A stretch of 64,000 bases of DNA from contig CAZGOA010000004.1 of the NCBI GenBank assembly GCA_964527425.1, positions 35,691 through 99,690 on the forward strand, in the 5' to 3' direction. Within the stretch, counting starts at the first letter, position 1, and each line of letters starts with the position of its first letter. Shown piece by piece: positions 40,901 through 50,915 of this stretch. This DNA is from an uncultured Gammaproteobacteria bacterium. Its GTDB lineage: Bacteria > Patescibacteriota > Microgenomatia > UBA10105 > UBA927. Below the pieces are notes generated by a model. It was not told the DNA's origin and did not search any database. It saw nothing but the letters and a program-made list of their open reading frames with translations. The translations under genes were made by a program, and so were the position numbers.

Positions 40901-42346
40901 ATGAATGTGTATACAAAACGACGGCCCAATTCAATTGCTATTGTGGGAGTTGGATTAGGGGATGAAGGAAAAGGACGGATAGTTGATGATACGATTGGAT
41001 CGTTAGTAAAGAAGAAAAACATTAATAAAGTATATGTAGTACGCTTTCAAGGGGGTAGCAATTCGGGTCATACGATCGAATTTAAAGGTAAACGAATTGC
41101 TTTGCATCAAGTTCCTTCAGGAATTTTTTATTCTCAAGTTACTGGATTTATCGATAGAGGAATGGTTATTCATCCTGAAGATCTTTCTGTAGAAATTGGA
41201 TATGTTGAAAAGATAATTGGTGATACCAGGGGTAAATTGTATCTTTCTGAAGAAGCAATTTTAGTAACAGATTTAGAGCGAGCAGAGGAACTTCTTAATC
41301 GTAAGAAACAGGGAAAAGCCTCCGGTGGAACAGGAAGGGGCATAGGACCATCGTATGCACATCACTACGATCGTTTAGGATTACACATACACGATTTAAT
41401 GCATACTGCGTGGAAGGAAGTATTGGGTGCTCATTACGATAGATACACGAAAGAATTTGAGGCGTTTGGAGAAAGTATTGCCGATATTCAGGTTCCTGAT
41501 TTTGAACAGTCGAAAACATTAAATAAACCAGTGTTAAAAGCTATTGGTTCGAAAAAGCACTTTCTGGAACGAATGGGTGAAACTCGTTCATGGTTACAAA
41601 GAAGAAAAATAGTTACCAATCTATATCCCTTGCATCATGAAATATATTCGAATATGAGGGCTGCGGTTGTATTTGAAGGAGCTCAGGCGTTAGCGTTGCA
41701 TCCCTGGTTGGGAACAATTCCTGATACTACTGCGTCAAACACGTCAGCTTTTGGTATTCAGGAAGGCACCGGATATTGGCTTTTAAGCATGTTAGAAGAA
41801 GTTATTGGTGTGTTTAAATTAACGTACACATCAAGTGTTGGTGCACGACGTATGCCCACACAAATATATATTCCTAAGGAAAAAGAGTTGCCATTATCAA
41901 ATCCAACGGAAGATCAAGAATGGGCTACGTATGTTATTGAAAAAGCACATGAATATGGTACTACTACAAAACGGAGAAGGGATATTCTTCATTTAGACTT
42001 ACCGATGTTACTCTACAATTGCAAAATGAGTGGTATTACTTCTTTGGCAGGTACACATTTAGATATTGCACGACCGAATACTAATATAAAAGTATGTATT
42101 GGGTATAAAGATAAGAAAGGTAATACAGTTTTGTATCAGCCGGGATTACGGTATTTAGAGGGAGTCGTTCCTGTCTATAAAGAACTAGCAGGTTGGGGGG
42201 GAGAGACAGTATCAAGTATTAAAGAAGCAAAACAATTTCCTAAACAAGCACTACAGTACTTAACATTTATTGAAAAATATTTAGGTTTACCTTTTTCTCT
42301 TGTAACAACGGGACCTGCTCGTGATCAATTAGTAACTATGCGATAA
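40901..42346 (+). CDS. purA: Adenylosuccinate synthetase (divergent)
   Basis: GDEGKG, RFQGGSNSGHT, GRGIGPSY, EGAQ, EYGTTT.R.R, TGP. Confidence 0.92.
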   Translation: MNVYTKRRPNSIAIVGVGLGDEGKGRIVDDTIGSLVKKKNINKVYVVRFQGGSNSGHTIEFKGKRIALHQVPSGIFYSQVTGFIDRGMVIHPEDLSVEIGYVEKIIGDTRGKLYLSEEAILVTDLERAEELLNRKKQGKASGGTGRGIGPSYAHHYDRLGLHIHDLMHTAWKEVLGAHYDRYTKEFEAFGESIADIQVPDFEQSKTLNKPVLKAIGSKKHFLERMGETRSWLQRRKIVTNLYPLHHEIYSNMRAAVVFEGAQALALHPWLGTIPDTTASNTSAFGIQEGTGYWLLSMLEEVIGVFKLTYTSSVGARRMPTQIYIPKEKELPLSNPTEDQEWATYVIEKAHEYGTTTKRRRDILHLDLPMLLYNCKMSGITSLAGTHLDIARPNTNIKVCIGYKDKKGNTVLYQPGLRYLEGVVPVYKELAGWGGETVSSIKEAKQFPKQALQYLTFIEKYLGLPFSLVTTGPARDQLVTMR

Positions 42347-42358
42347 GAACGGCAGTTT

Positions 42359-43501
42359 CTAGTAATTTTTACCAGGATTTGTAATTATTAAATTGTGAGG
42401 GTGGCTTTCAGTAAGCGAAGCAGTAGTAATTTTTATAAATTGAGAGTGTTCATTCAGTTCTTTAATAGTTTTGCATCCTACATAATAGCATCCTGATGTA
42501 ATTCCACCGGTCATTTGGTTGATTACATCCTCAACAGTTCCGGTTATGGGAACTAGTCCTTCTACCCCTTCTGCAACAAGAACTCTTTCAGAGTAATTTT
42601 TTCCATGAAATTCATCTTCTGACTTTATTTTTGTTCCTTGTTCCATGGCTCCAATAGAACCCATACCTCTATATGCTTTAAAAGAATATATTTCCTGATC
42701 GTCTTTAAGTATATCTTTAAATCGAGCGGGAACATGCTGTTTTTTAAGCATCACTTTCTCTCCTGGTGATTCTTCTGTCTGTGCAAACATTCGTCCCATC
42801 ATAACCATTGATGCACCAGCTGCAAATGCTTTAACCATGTCTCCTGAATATTTAATGCCCCCATCAGCAATCACGGGAATACCAGCTGGGTTACCTGCCC
42901 TGGAAGTTTCTGCTATAGCGGTTAATTGCGGAACTCCCATCCCAGAAATTATTCGTGTTGTACATATCGCTCCCGGGCCCATACCCACACGCAAACAATC
43001 TACACCTGCCTGTATGAGTGCTTGTGCCCCATCGTAGGTAGCTACATTTCCAGCCATAATTTGTATAGACGGATGTTGAGATTTAAGCCACGAAACTGCC
43101 TTAATTATTGAACTAGAGTGACCATGAGCTGAATCGACACAAAGGATATCAACATTCGCTTGAATAAGTGCGAGTGCTCGTTCTTCAAAACCAGATGAGG
43201 CACCAATTGCAGCACCCACTAATAGATTTTTATTTTTTACTTTTTTTATTTCTTCTACTTGATGCTCAACAGTAAGATTTCTGTGAATAATCCCAATTCC
43301 TCCAAGTGTAGCTAAGGAAATTGCTAATGTGCTTTCAGTGACAGTATCCATGGGTGCAGAAACAAACGGAGCATCTAGCGTAATTGTTTTCGTAAGATTT
43401 GTTTTGAGGGAAATGTCTTGTCTTTGAAAATCAGCAAAACGGGGCAATAAAAGGACATCGTCGTATGTTAAGTATTCTGGTAAGTTTGATAGTTTATTCA
43501 T
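42359..43501 (-). CDS. guaB: IMP dehydrogenase lacking the CBS subdomain
   Basis: [64 protein letters not shown]; AGGAGG RBS. Confidence 0.88.
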   Translation of the reverse strand: MNKLSNLPEYLTYDDVLLLPRFADFQRQDISLKTNLTKTITLDAPFVSAPMDTVTESTLAISLATLGGIGIIHRNLTVEHQVEEIKKVKNKNLLVGAAIGASSGFEERALALIQANVDILCVDSAHGHSSSIIKAVSWLKSQHPSIQIMAGNVATYDGAQALIQAGVDCLRVGMGPGAICTTRIISGMGVPQLTAIAETSRAGNPAGIPVIADGGIKYSGDMVKAFAAGASMVMMGRMFAQTEESPGEKVMLKKQHVPARFKDILKDDQEIYSFKAYRGMGSIGAMEQGTKIKSEDEFHGKNYSERVLVAEGVEGLVPITGTVEDVINQMTGGITSGCYYVGCKTIKELNEHSQFIKITTASLTESHPHNLIITNPGKNY

Positions 43502-43527
43502 AAGCCTCCTTAAAGAATAGTTATTAG

Positions 43528-44877
43528 TTATATATCTTCTGAATTATCATCACTGACTAGCGTTGCTAAGTTTCTAAGTTTTTCCTGGATGGTATTTAGA
43601 AAGCGTTGTCTTGTCGTTTTATCTTCAGAAGCACGCATCTGTACAGTAAGAATGATGATATCTTTATACAAGTCAACTAAAACATTATGGCCAGAAGGTA
43701 AAAAATCAATGATAGATTTGTACATGGCAGAGTGATCTACATAAATATCTCCTAATAAACGTAAACACATGGTCTCCGCCAGGTCAACCTGTTTTGCAAC
43801 TGGAATTTTGGGAAATATTGCATAATAGTGACGTTGTATATCTTTTAATACATCTGGATTATCCTGTTTTAAGGTCGTTTTATCGAAATCAATTGCTCGA
43901 ACAACAGGGGTCCACTCGTCGGGAGCTTCAAGCCAGACTGCAGGATTAAAATCAATGGTTTTTTGACCTTCATATTCAACTGGAAGTGTATTAATGTTAT
44001 ACCCTTGCTGAGATAGAGATTCTAATGCGCTTCTTCTCACAAATTCAACTGTCATGTTGGTTAAATGCAAATGACCATGTATAACGCCGGCACCTACAAA
44101 ACTATTACCAATTTCCATAAATTGACTTTGTAGTTCGTTTTTAAGCGTTATTATGCGTGACTGTAGTAAACCATTTTTTATGCCATTATTGGCTATAAGT
44201 TCATCTAATTTCGTTTGTATAAAATGGTATGAAAGACCACAAAAGCGCGAAACTATCGTAGTCTCTAGTGTTTCGGGAGAAATATTTAATCGGAATGGTT
44301 CTGGATGATTCTTTCGAGTTTTTTGCAGAATTGGTGCTACCGGGATCACATTCTGAAAACGGGTAGGAGCTGTGATTGAGCCCGTTACAAGATTTTTCCA
44401 GATAAAGGGGGCTTCTGGAGAAGTAGTCAGATTCAATTTATTGATTATTACCCCATGCATGGGATTTTTTTCATTTCCCACAAGGAAAAAAAGAGCACTG
44501 CCATCCTTAATCAATTGTTTAATAATGATTTGATCGTCAGGAATATCTTGCTCTAGTAACGACGAATCTGTGATAGGCAACCAGTATTTGGGTAGTCTTT
44601 GCTCAGTACCATCTGAATAGCCTAAATGCTGGTAGTATATTGCTGAATCTGTGTCTGAGCCAACCCGAAGTTTTCCTTGATCTCGGTAAAACCCATAGGG
44701 CTTTGCTTCATCAATAATAGCTTCATTATTCGATCTGTCAATTTCTATTGATTGTTGGTTGACCATCTGGATTATTAGTCGATAGACAGAAGGGAATGTT
44801 GCATTGACTACTGTATGTTCTTCAGCAAGTAATTCAGTAGCTGATTGTGTTGATTCGTTAGATGCTACTTCTGCCAT
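43528..44877 (-). CDS. Hypothetical protein with degenerate protein-kinase-like motifs
   Basis: GVIHGHLHLTN resembles HGDLHxxN; RAIDFD resembles the DFG/DFD metal loop. Confidence 0.6.
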   Translation of the reverse strand: MAEVASNESTQSATELLAEEHTVVNATFPSVYRLIIQMVNQQSIEIDRSNNEAIIDEAKPYGFYRDQGKLRVGSDTDSAIYYQHLGYSDGTEQRLPKYWLPITDSSLLEQDIPDDQIIIKQLIKDGSALFFLVGNEKNPMHGVIINKLNLTTSPEAPFIWKNLVTGSITAPTRFQNVIPVAPILQKTRKNHPEPFRLNISPETLETTIVSRFCGLSYHFIQTKLDELIANNGIKNGLLQSRIITLKNELQSQFMEIGNSFVGAGVIHGHLHLTNMTVEFVRRSALESLSQQGYNINTLPVEYEGQKTIDFNPAVWLEAPDEWTPVVRAIDFDKTTLKQDNPDVLKDIQRHYYAIFPKIPVAKQVDLAETMCLRLLGDIYVDHSAMYKSIIDFLPSGHNVLVDLYKDIIILTVQMRASEDKTTRQRFLNTIQEKLRNLATLVSDDNSEDI

Positions 44878-44887
44878 AGAGGAGTGG

Positions 44888-45886
44888 TTAGTTTAGAAAA
44901 CTTGTTTTGGTTGCCATGTCGTTACAATGCAATATTTCTTGCGGAGTCAATATATTGTTATCCAGTAATTTTTCATATTCCTTTTTCAGTGAAGTTCTCT
45001 GCATTTCTGGTCCATCGGTATTTATCGTGAATGGAACGTTATGTGCCAGCATTATCTGATAGTTTTTACGCATGTGATCAAAGTTTTTTACCAGTTTGGT
45101 ATGAAGATTAGATGTGGGACATGTTTCTAAAACGATATTATGTTGAGATAAATACTTCATCAATTCCTGATCCTCAACACACGCAATACCGTGACCAATT
45201 CTGTCAGGCTTTAGTTCATCAATCACTTCCCACATTTCATCAATACTAGTTGCTTCTCCAGTATGAATAGTTACACCTAAACCAGCTTCTTTTGCTTGTT
45301 TGGTTAAATGTGCAATATCTTTCGGTTTAAATGCTTTACTACCATCTGTTCGTTCTATTGGTCCAGCTAAATCTATTCCAACAACACCTCGAGATTTATA
45401 CTTTATAGCTTTTTTAACAATAGCCGAGTTTTCTTGATCATTAAATCTTCTATCCATCATTAAGATGATTCCTGCTTTGACAGGATATTTCAGCATAGCT
45501 CTTTCCATTCCTTGAAGTGCAAAGACTATTAAGTGATCTAAATCTCGTTCTCCATTTCTTGAACGTAAAATAGGGTTAAAACGAATTTCTAACCTGGTAA
45601 TATTATTGGTTTTATATGCTCCAGCTACTGCGTGTTGGGCTGCTTGAAAAAGAGCATCAGGAGAAGATTGAATTTTTTCAGTGAGGTCGTATAGCATTAA
45701 GTACTCTTCGTATGATTTTTTTTCATAAATAGTAACCATTTGTTCGAACCCCCAGTAATTTTTTGTGGGGAGTTTTAATCCTTGATCATGTGCCATTTCC
45801 CAGAGCATAGTCGGGGAGACACAAAATCCTAAGTGAGTATGAAGTTCTGTGAGTTCTATGTTTTGTAAAAAGGTTAAGTCTGCCAT
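44888..45886 (-). CDS. add: Adenosine/AMP deaminase family protein
   Basis: ELHTHLG, LEIRFNP, VVGIDLAG, TIHTGE, RIGHG, ETCPTSN, INTDGP. Confidence 0.88.
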   Translation of the reverse strand: MADLTFLQNIELTELHTHLGFCVSPTMLWEMAHDQGLKLPTKNYWGFEQMVTIYEKKSYEEYLMLYDLTEKIQSSPDALFQAAQHAVAGAYKTNNITRLEIRFNPILRSRNGERDLDHLIVFALQGMERAMLKYPVKAGIILMMDRRFNDQENSAIVKKAIKYKSRGVVGIDLAGPIERTDGSKAFKPKDIAHLTKQAKEAGLGVTIHTGEATSIDEMWEVIDELKPDRIGHGIACVEDQELMKYLSQHNIVLETCPTSNLHTKLVKNFDHMRKNYQIMLAHNVPFTINTDGPEMQRTSLKKEYEKLLDNNILTPQEILHCNDMATKTSFLN

Positions 45887-45890
45887 AATA

Positions 45891-47408
45891 TTATTCCCAT
45901 CTTACTGTAGCTGGTGGTTTACTGGTAATGTCGTACACTACACGAGACACATCGGCTACTTCATTTACAATTCGAGAAGAAATTTTCCCTAATACGTCAT
46001 ATGGTATCTTTGACCATTCTACAGTCATTAAATCGTTAGTATTTATCGATCTAATGGCAACAACTTCAGCAAATGAACGTCCATCTCCTTTTACCGCAGT
46101 AGAATAGGCACCCGTCATCACTGCAAAACACTCAAAGACACTGTTATAGAGTCCAGCTTTTTTCATTTCCTCTACGACTATTTCATCTGCTTGGGTTACT
46201 TGATTGAGTCTTTTTTCTGTAACTTCACCCATGATATTGATGGCATATCCAGGTCCTGGCCAAGGTTGTTGATTTACTATCTCTTCAGGTAAACCTGCAA
46301 GTCGACCCAATTCACGAACCTCATCTTTGTAATATGTACGAATTGGCTCAAGAAGTGTAAAGGGTAGTTCTTCAGGCAGTCCACCAACATTATGATGGGA
46401 TTTAATTTGAGAAGCATGTTTACTCCCTTTGCTTTCAATCACATCAGAATAAATAGTTCCTTGTCCTAAGAATGCAACATCAGTATGTTGTTTAGAAATT
46501 TCATCAAAAATATCGATATACAGTTTTCCAATCGTTTTCCTTTTTTGTTCAGGTTCATTAATCCCTTTTAATGCCGTTAAAAAGCGTTCTTTTACAGATA
46601 CAATAATCAGATCAGCTTGAATTAGTGTGGTAAACATCTCTTTAACGCGTTCGGTTGTTCCTGGGCGCATCAATCCAGAATCTACATACACAGGAATAAG
46701 GTTTTTGCCTATGGCTTTGCCAATTAAAAAAGCTGCAACACTGGAATCAACACCACCAGAGACTGCCATAATAACTTTTTTATCACCAACAGTTTTTTTG
46801 ATATCTTCAATAATGGTTTGTGGATCGAGTGAAATAGGGGAAAGAGTCTCTTTACAGACATCAACAACAAAATTTTTAAGAATATCTAATCCCTTTTCAG
46901 TATGATCTGCTTCTGGATGAAACTGAACCCCATACTGTTTTTTCTTTTCATTCACTACAGCGGTATACGGAACATGGGGTGTAGATCCTACAACGGTAAA
47001 TCCTTCCGGTAATGTAGTTACTGAATCACCATGAGATAAAATTGCTGTAATTGTGTTTGGAAGATTATAAAATATTGAATGTTGGTGCTGAAACGATACT
47101 GTCTCTGGACCATATTCTTTCGTAGCATTTTGTACTGTTCCACCAGTTAAATGGGCCATCAACTGCCAGCCATAACATATACCGAGTATCGGAATACCGA
47201 GGGAAAATAGTTCTTTTGAAATTGTGGGAGCACCAAGTTCATAAACAGATGAAGGTCCCCCTGAAAGAATAATCCCCTTGGGGTTTAGCTCTTTTATTTT
47301 TTGTAATGCTTCTTCTGGATACACATACTCATTTGCTACACCGAGTTGTCTGATTCTTCTTCCGATTAAATGAGCTGTTTGTGATCCAAAATCAACAATA
47401 AGTATCAT
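45891..47408 (-). CDS. guaA: Glutamine-hydrolysing GMP synthase
   Basis: DFGSQ, GICYG, QFHPE, SGGVDSS, IKSHHNVGG, PGPG, YDITSKPPATVRWE. Confidence 0.97.
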   Translation of the reverse strand: MILIVDFGSQTAHLIGRRIRQLGVANEYVYPEEALQKIKELNPKGIILSGGPSSVYELGAPTISKELFSLGIPILGICYGWQLMAHLTGGTVQNATKEYGPETVSFQHQHSIFYNLPNTITAILSHGDSVTTLPEGFTVVGSTPHVPYTAVVNEKKKQYGVQFHPEADHTEKGLDILKNFVVDVCKETLSPISLDPQTIIEDIKKTVGDKKVIMAVSGGVDSSVAAFLIGKAIGKNLIPVYVDSGLMRPGTTERVKEMFTTLIQADLIIVSVKERFLTALKGINEPEQKRKTIGKLYIDIFDEISKQHTDVAFLGQGTIYSDVIESKGSKHASQIKSHHNVGGLPEELPFTLLEPIRTYYKDEVRELGRLAGLPEEIVNQQPWPGPGYAINIMGEVTEKRLNQVTQADEIVVEEMKKAGLYNSVFECFAVMTGAYSTAVKGDGRSFAEVVAIRSINTNDLMTVEWSKIPYDVLGKISSRIVNEVADVSRVVYDITSKPPATVRWE

Positions 47409-47451
47409 GCGGTACTCCTATTTGTATTGGTATTGTTTTCATAAAACTATT

Positions 47452-47715
47452 TTAATCTGATTGTTCCCCTGTTTCACCAATTTGAATGGTTAATTCAGGG
47501 GAATTTGTTCCCCAAATAGTTCCTTTTTGTAATGTTACGCTGGAACTAAATCTGTTTCTTCCGTTAATAGGGTCATCTGTTTTATGTAGAGATGTTACCG
47601 TTAATACGGGTTTGCCATTTACATTGATACACGAAGCGATCACTTGAGAATTAATGCCAGTGTCAATAACAATATCTTGTCCTGGCTGTATAATAATTTC
47701 CTTATTTGTACTCAT
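47452..47715 (-). CDS. Small hypothetical protein
   Basis: 87 aa co-oriented ORF 6 nt downstream of the PRTase. Confidence 0.55.
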   Translation of the reverse strand: MSTNKEIIIQPGQDIVIDTGINSQVIASCINVNGKPVLTVTSLHKTDDPINGRNRFSSSVTLQKGTIWGTNSPELTIQIGETGEQSD

Positions 47716-47721
47716 AAATAA

Positions 47722-48438
47722 TTAGACAAATTGAATAGGTTTTCCTTTTCCTTGCGTATTGGTTACAGTAATTACTATACTCATTCCCTTTATTAAGCTG
47801 CTTTTTTTTAGTCGTATAATTCCGCCTTGCATCTGTTTTGCTAAAGGGGAGGCAAAATAAATGGTATCCTGTGAAAATTGATTCTTTAGAAACTTAGCAA
47901 GTTCTATAGCTGTATATCCTTCTGCTAAAGCATCATCTACGATTAAGGTTGTTCCTTGAGGTTTATAGAGTTCTCTATCATAAAAATACATAGTATTTGT
48001 TCCTCTCGTGCCATCCATATTCCTGTTGTGAACATATGAGGGCACTTCTAGTGTGATTGGGAGGGGGAGATTTTCTTCAGGGTGTTTTGTTACACGAGGA
48101 TAAACTGCATTGGGGAATATCTTTTTTAGAGTATCTTGGTACCATGATGCAGAACTTGGTACACAAAGAATAGTTAGGTTGTTATCACTGAGTTGTAGTT
48201 CATGTTTAGCAATACTACCCGTTAAAGCTGCAAGCCATGGTTGTGGCTTTTGGTTAATTGCTGGCCAAAGAATAAATGGAGCATTTTTATTATCATTCAT
48301 TACCTGTGCTTCTGTACTAAAACGAAACCGGGCAATGGTTTTTAATACTGGAACGGAATTTTCTCGCATAACCAAATCAAACAGTTCTTCAGAGGTTAAT
48401 GAAGACACATCAGTATTTATCGATGTTGAATCGTTCAT
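47722..48438 (-). CDS. Divergent type I phosphoribosyltransferase
   Basis: PRPP-binding loop TLIVDDALAEGYTA; the rest is divergent. Confidence 0.7.
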   Translation of the reverse strand: MNDSTSINTDVSSLTSEELFDLVMRENSVPVLKTIARFRFSTEAQVMNDNKNAPFILWPAINQKPQPWLAALTGSIAKHELQLSDNNLTILCVPSSASWYQDTLKKIFPNAVYPRVTKHPEENLPLPITLEVPSYVHNRNMDGTRGTNTMYFYDRELYKPQGTTLIVDDALAEGYTAIELAKFLKNQFSQDTIYFASPLAKQMQGGIIRLKKSSLIKGMSIVITVTNTQGKGKPIQFV

Positions 48439-48477
48439 ATAAAGTAGCCACAGCGTTAAGCACCGCGATTTTGCATA

Positions 48478-49068
48478 TTATTTGCTCTTTCGAGCAAGAT
48501 GGTATTTCCTTGTAAAGGCTATTTGAGAGTTGGTAAAACCTATTTTATTTAGAACTTCTTGAATGTCTGCTTTTGATTTTTTGTGCTTAGTCATTTGTTG
48601 TGTTATGGAAAGAATAGTCTCCGTTATTTCATGTGGGAAAATAACCCATTTTGTTGTCTGTTTGGCAAAATAATCTGGACGAACAACAGAATGAGGTTTA
48701 TAAAACATAGTCATCGTAGTAATTTTTTTGGCGCCTACATCTTGTAAATATTGAATTGCTTTTTTTAACGTTTCTCCAGTATCTGCAATATCATCTACCA
48801 ATAATATATGTTTTCCTTCTATAGAGGTTTGTAATTTCCCGTTTATATTAATTTCACCTTGTTGTTGAATATCTGTATAACTTTTTATAGAAATAGTCCA
48901 AATAGGGATACGCAGAAAATCGGAAAGAACATGTCCAAAAGTAAGACCACCCCGAGAGATAGCAACAATTTCCTGAATAGAGGGGTCATGGGAAAGAAGC
49001 GTGGCAGCAAGATATTGGGAAAATGTTTGGTAATTGTTCCACGTAACAAGAAGATATTTGATTGCCAT
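48478..49068 (-). CDS. Purine phosphoribosyltransferase (Gpt/Hpt-like)
   Basis: IVAISRGGL, IKSY, ILLVDDIADTGETL, KP...PDYF....WVIFP. Confidence 0.9.
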   Translation of the reverse strand: MAIKYLLVTWNNYQTFSQYLAATLLSHDPSIQEIVAISRGGLTFGHVLSDFLRIPIWTISIKSYTDIQQQGEININGKLQTSIEGKHILLVDDIADTGETLKKAIQYLQDVGAKKITTMTMFYKPHSVVRPDYFAKQTTKWVIFPHEITETILSITQQMTKHKKSKADIQEVLNKIGFTNSQIAFTRKYHLARKSK

Positions 49069-49088
49069 ATTACATTATGGGATATATC

Positions 49089-49116
49089 TTGACCTGAGTC
49101 AATATACGACTATAAT
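49089..49116 (+). promoter_or_regulatory. Sigma70 promoter, probably leaderless, for the cmk-like operon
   Basis: TTGACC-N16-TATAAT ending 6 nt before ATG 49123. Confidence 0.65.
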
Positions 49117-49122
49117 TAGTAC

Positions 49123-49737
49123 ATGGTAGAGCCCTCTAATAATCCAAAACCACTTAAATACTCAAGTATCGCTATATCTGGGCCTCCTGGAGCTGGGCGT
49201 TCAACACTTTTAAAAAATCTTAAGCCAATTGTTGAGGCTCTTGGCTGGGAAACATTTTCCGGCGGTGAATGGGCAAGGCAGTTTGCTATTGAACAAGGAA
49301 ATCACGATCCTAATGATCCTACTCATCATTTAGCAACAGACTATGGTGAAGATATTGATCATCAAATAGATTTGGCTCTTCGAGAAAAATTAACAAATCC
49401 TCAGATTCATGTTGCCGTAGAATCCTGGATTGCTGGTTGGAACATGAGAGGACTTCCTCATGTATTAAAAGTACTGTTAATATGTGACAATTCACTAAGA
49501 ATAGATCGTGTTGTAAATCGAGATAACCTTACGGTAGAAGAAGCAAAAAATCATTTACGGGAAAGAGAAGATACAAATTTAGGCAAATGGAGTCGTATGT
49601 ACAATGTTTCCGCTACTGAGTTTTGGGATTCTAAACACTATGATCTTATTATTAATACGTTTTCTACTGGACCAAAGGAAACAGTAAACATTGTCCTTCA
49701 GGCATTAGGGTATTTTAATAGAGACGAACATCAGTAA
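49123..49737 (+). CDS. Archaeal-type cytidylate kinase family protein
   Basis: IAISGPPGAGRST P-loop, SGG..R..A, DHQID, VESWIAGW, R.DRVVNRD, YDLIINT. Confidence 0.8.
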   Translation: MVEPSNNPKPLKYSSIAISGPPGAGRSTLLKNLKPIVEALGWETFSGGEWARQFAIEQGNHDPNDPTHHLATDYGEDIDHQIDLALREKLTNPQIHVAVESWIAGWNMRGLPHVLKVLLICDNSLRIDRVVNRDNLTVEEAKNHLREREDTNLGKWSRMYNVSATEFWDSKHYDLIINTFSTGPKETVNIVLQALGYFNRDEHQ

Positions 49738-49745
49738 GTTTAATT

Positions 49746-50903
49746 ATGTCTCACAAAAAACCTGCCAATTCTCGAAACATTCTGTTATTGTCTACTGTTT
49801 CGTTTTTGAATGATATAGGTGGCGAGACGATAAAAAAAATTATTCCTCTTTATTTATCAAATGTATTAGGTGTAAAACCCAGTGTTATTGGTTTAGTTGA
49901 GGGTATAGCTGATGCATTGCCTCAAATTTTTCAACCCATAGCGGGAGTATTGTCTGATACGTTTAAAACAAGAAAACCCTTAATCATAGTAGGTCAAAGT
50001 CTTCGTTCTTTGGTTTTGCTATTATATGTTGCAACTTCATGGCCTCAGATTTTACTTATACGTTTTTTAGATAGAAGTGGAAAAGGAATTGCTAATTCTC
50101 CTCGAGATGCGTTGATAACAGATTCAAGCGCGGCAAAGCATGTTGGTAGATCATTTGGTATTAATCGAGCGTTTGATAATGCAGGGGCAGTATTTGGATT
50201 TTTATTAACGAGTGCTTTCTTTGCGTATATTGGAGGAACAGTAATGACGAAAGGGTTGTTTCAAGGTCTAGTATTATTAGCGATAATCCCATTAATCATA
50301 GCGTTTGGAATAGTAACATTTGGTATTCATGATATTAAAAAGAAGTCAGTTACAAGATCTATCCCAAAACCATTAGGGAGAAAATATTGGTTTTTGATCT
50401 GTTGTTGTTTTGTTTTTACATTAGGAAATTCATCAGATGCATTTTTAATTCTTAGAGCACAGCAGTTAGGAGCACCGTTAAGTGTATTGTTTTTGTTACT
50501 CGCTTTGTATAGTGGTGTTTCTGCAGTAGCTGGTTATCCTATTGGAAAGCTGTCTGATCAAATTGGCAGGAAAAAACTTCTCGCTTTAGGGTGGATTATT
50601 TATAGTAGTATTTATTACTTGTTTTCATTAAGTTCTGGTTTGTCATCCATGACATTGTTGTTTATTTTATATGGTGTGTATTTAGGATTAACAGAAGGAG
50701 TAATTAAAGCTTGGGTTGCAGATGTTGTGCCTCAAGAGAGCAGAGCTACAGCTTTTGGTGTATACAATATGGTTATAGGATTAACTCTTATTCCTGCATC
50801 ACTCTTGGCCGGATATTTTTGGCAATTGTGGGGTTTATCAGCAGCTCTTCAGATTGATGCAATTTTTGCTGTAGTAGCAACTGTCATGCTTTTTTTCCTA
50901 TAA
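49746..50903 (+). CDS. MFS transporter
   Basis: About 12 TM helices; GVLSD...RK, DRSGKG...SPRDALI, GKLSDQIGRK. Confidence 0.92.
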   Translation: MSHKKPANSRNILLLSTVSFLNDIGGETIKKIIPLYLSNVLGVKPSVIGLVEGIADALPQIFQPIAGVLSDTFKTRKPLIIVGQSLRSLVLLLYVATSWPQILLIRFLDRSGKGIANSPRDALITDSSAAKHVGRSFGINRAFDNAGAVFGFLLTSAFFAYIGGTVMTKGLFQGLVLLAIIPLIIAFGIVTFGIHDIKKKSVTRSIPKPLGRKYWFLICCCFVFTLGNSSDAFLILRAQQLGAPLSVLFLLLALYSGVSAVAGYPIGKLSDQIGRKKLLALGWIIYSSIYYLFSLSSGLSSMTLLFILYGVYLGLTEGVIKAWVADVVPQESRATAFGVYNMVIGLTLIPASLLAGYFWQLWGLSAALQIDAIFAVVATVMLFFL

Positions 50904-50915
50904 TAGAGTGAAGTT

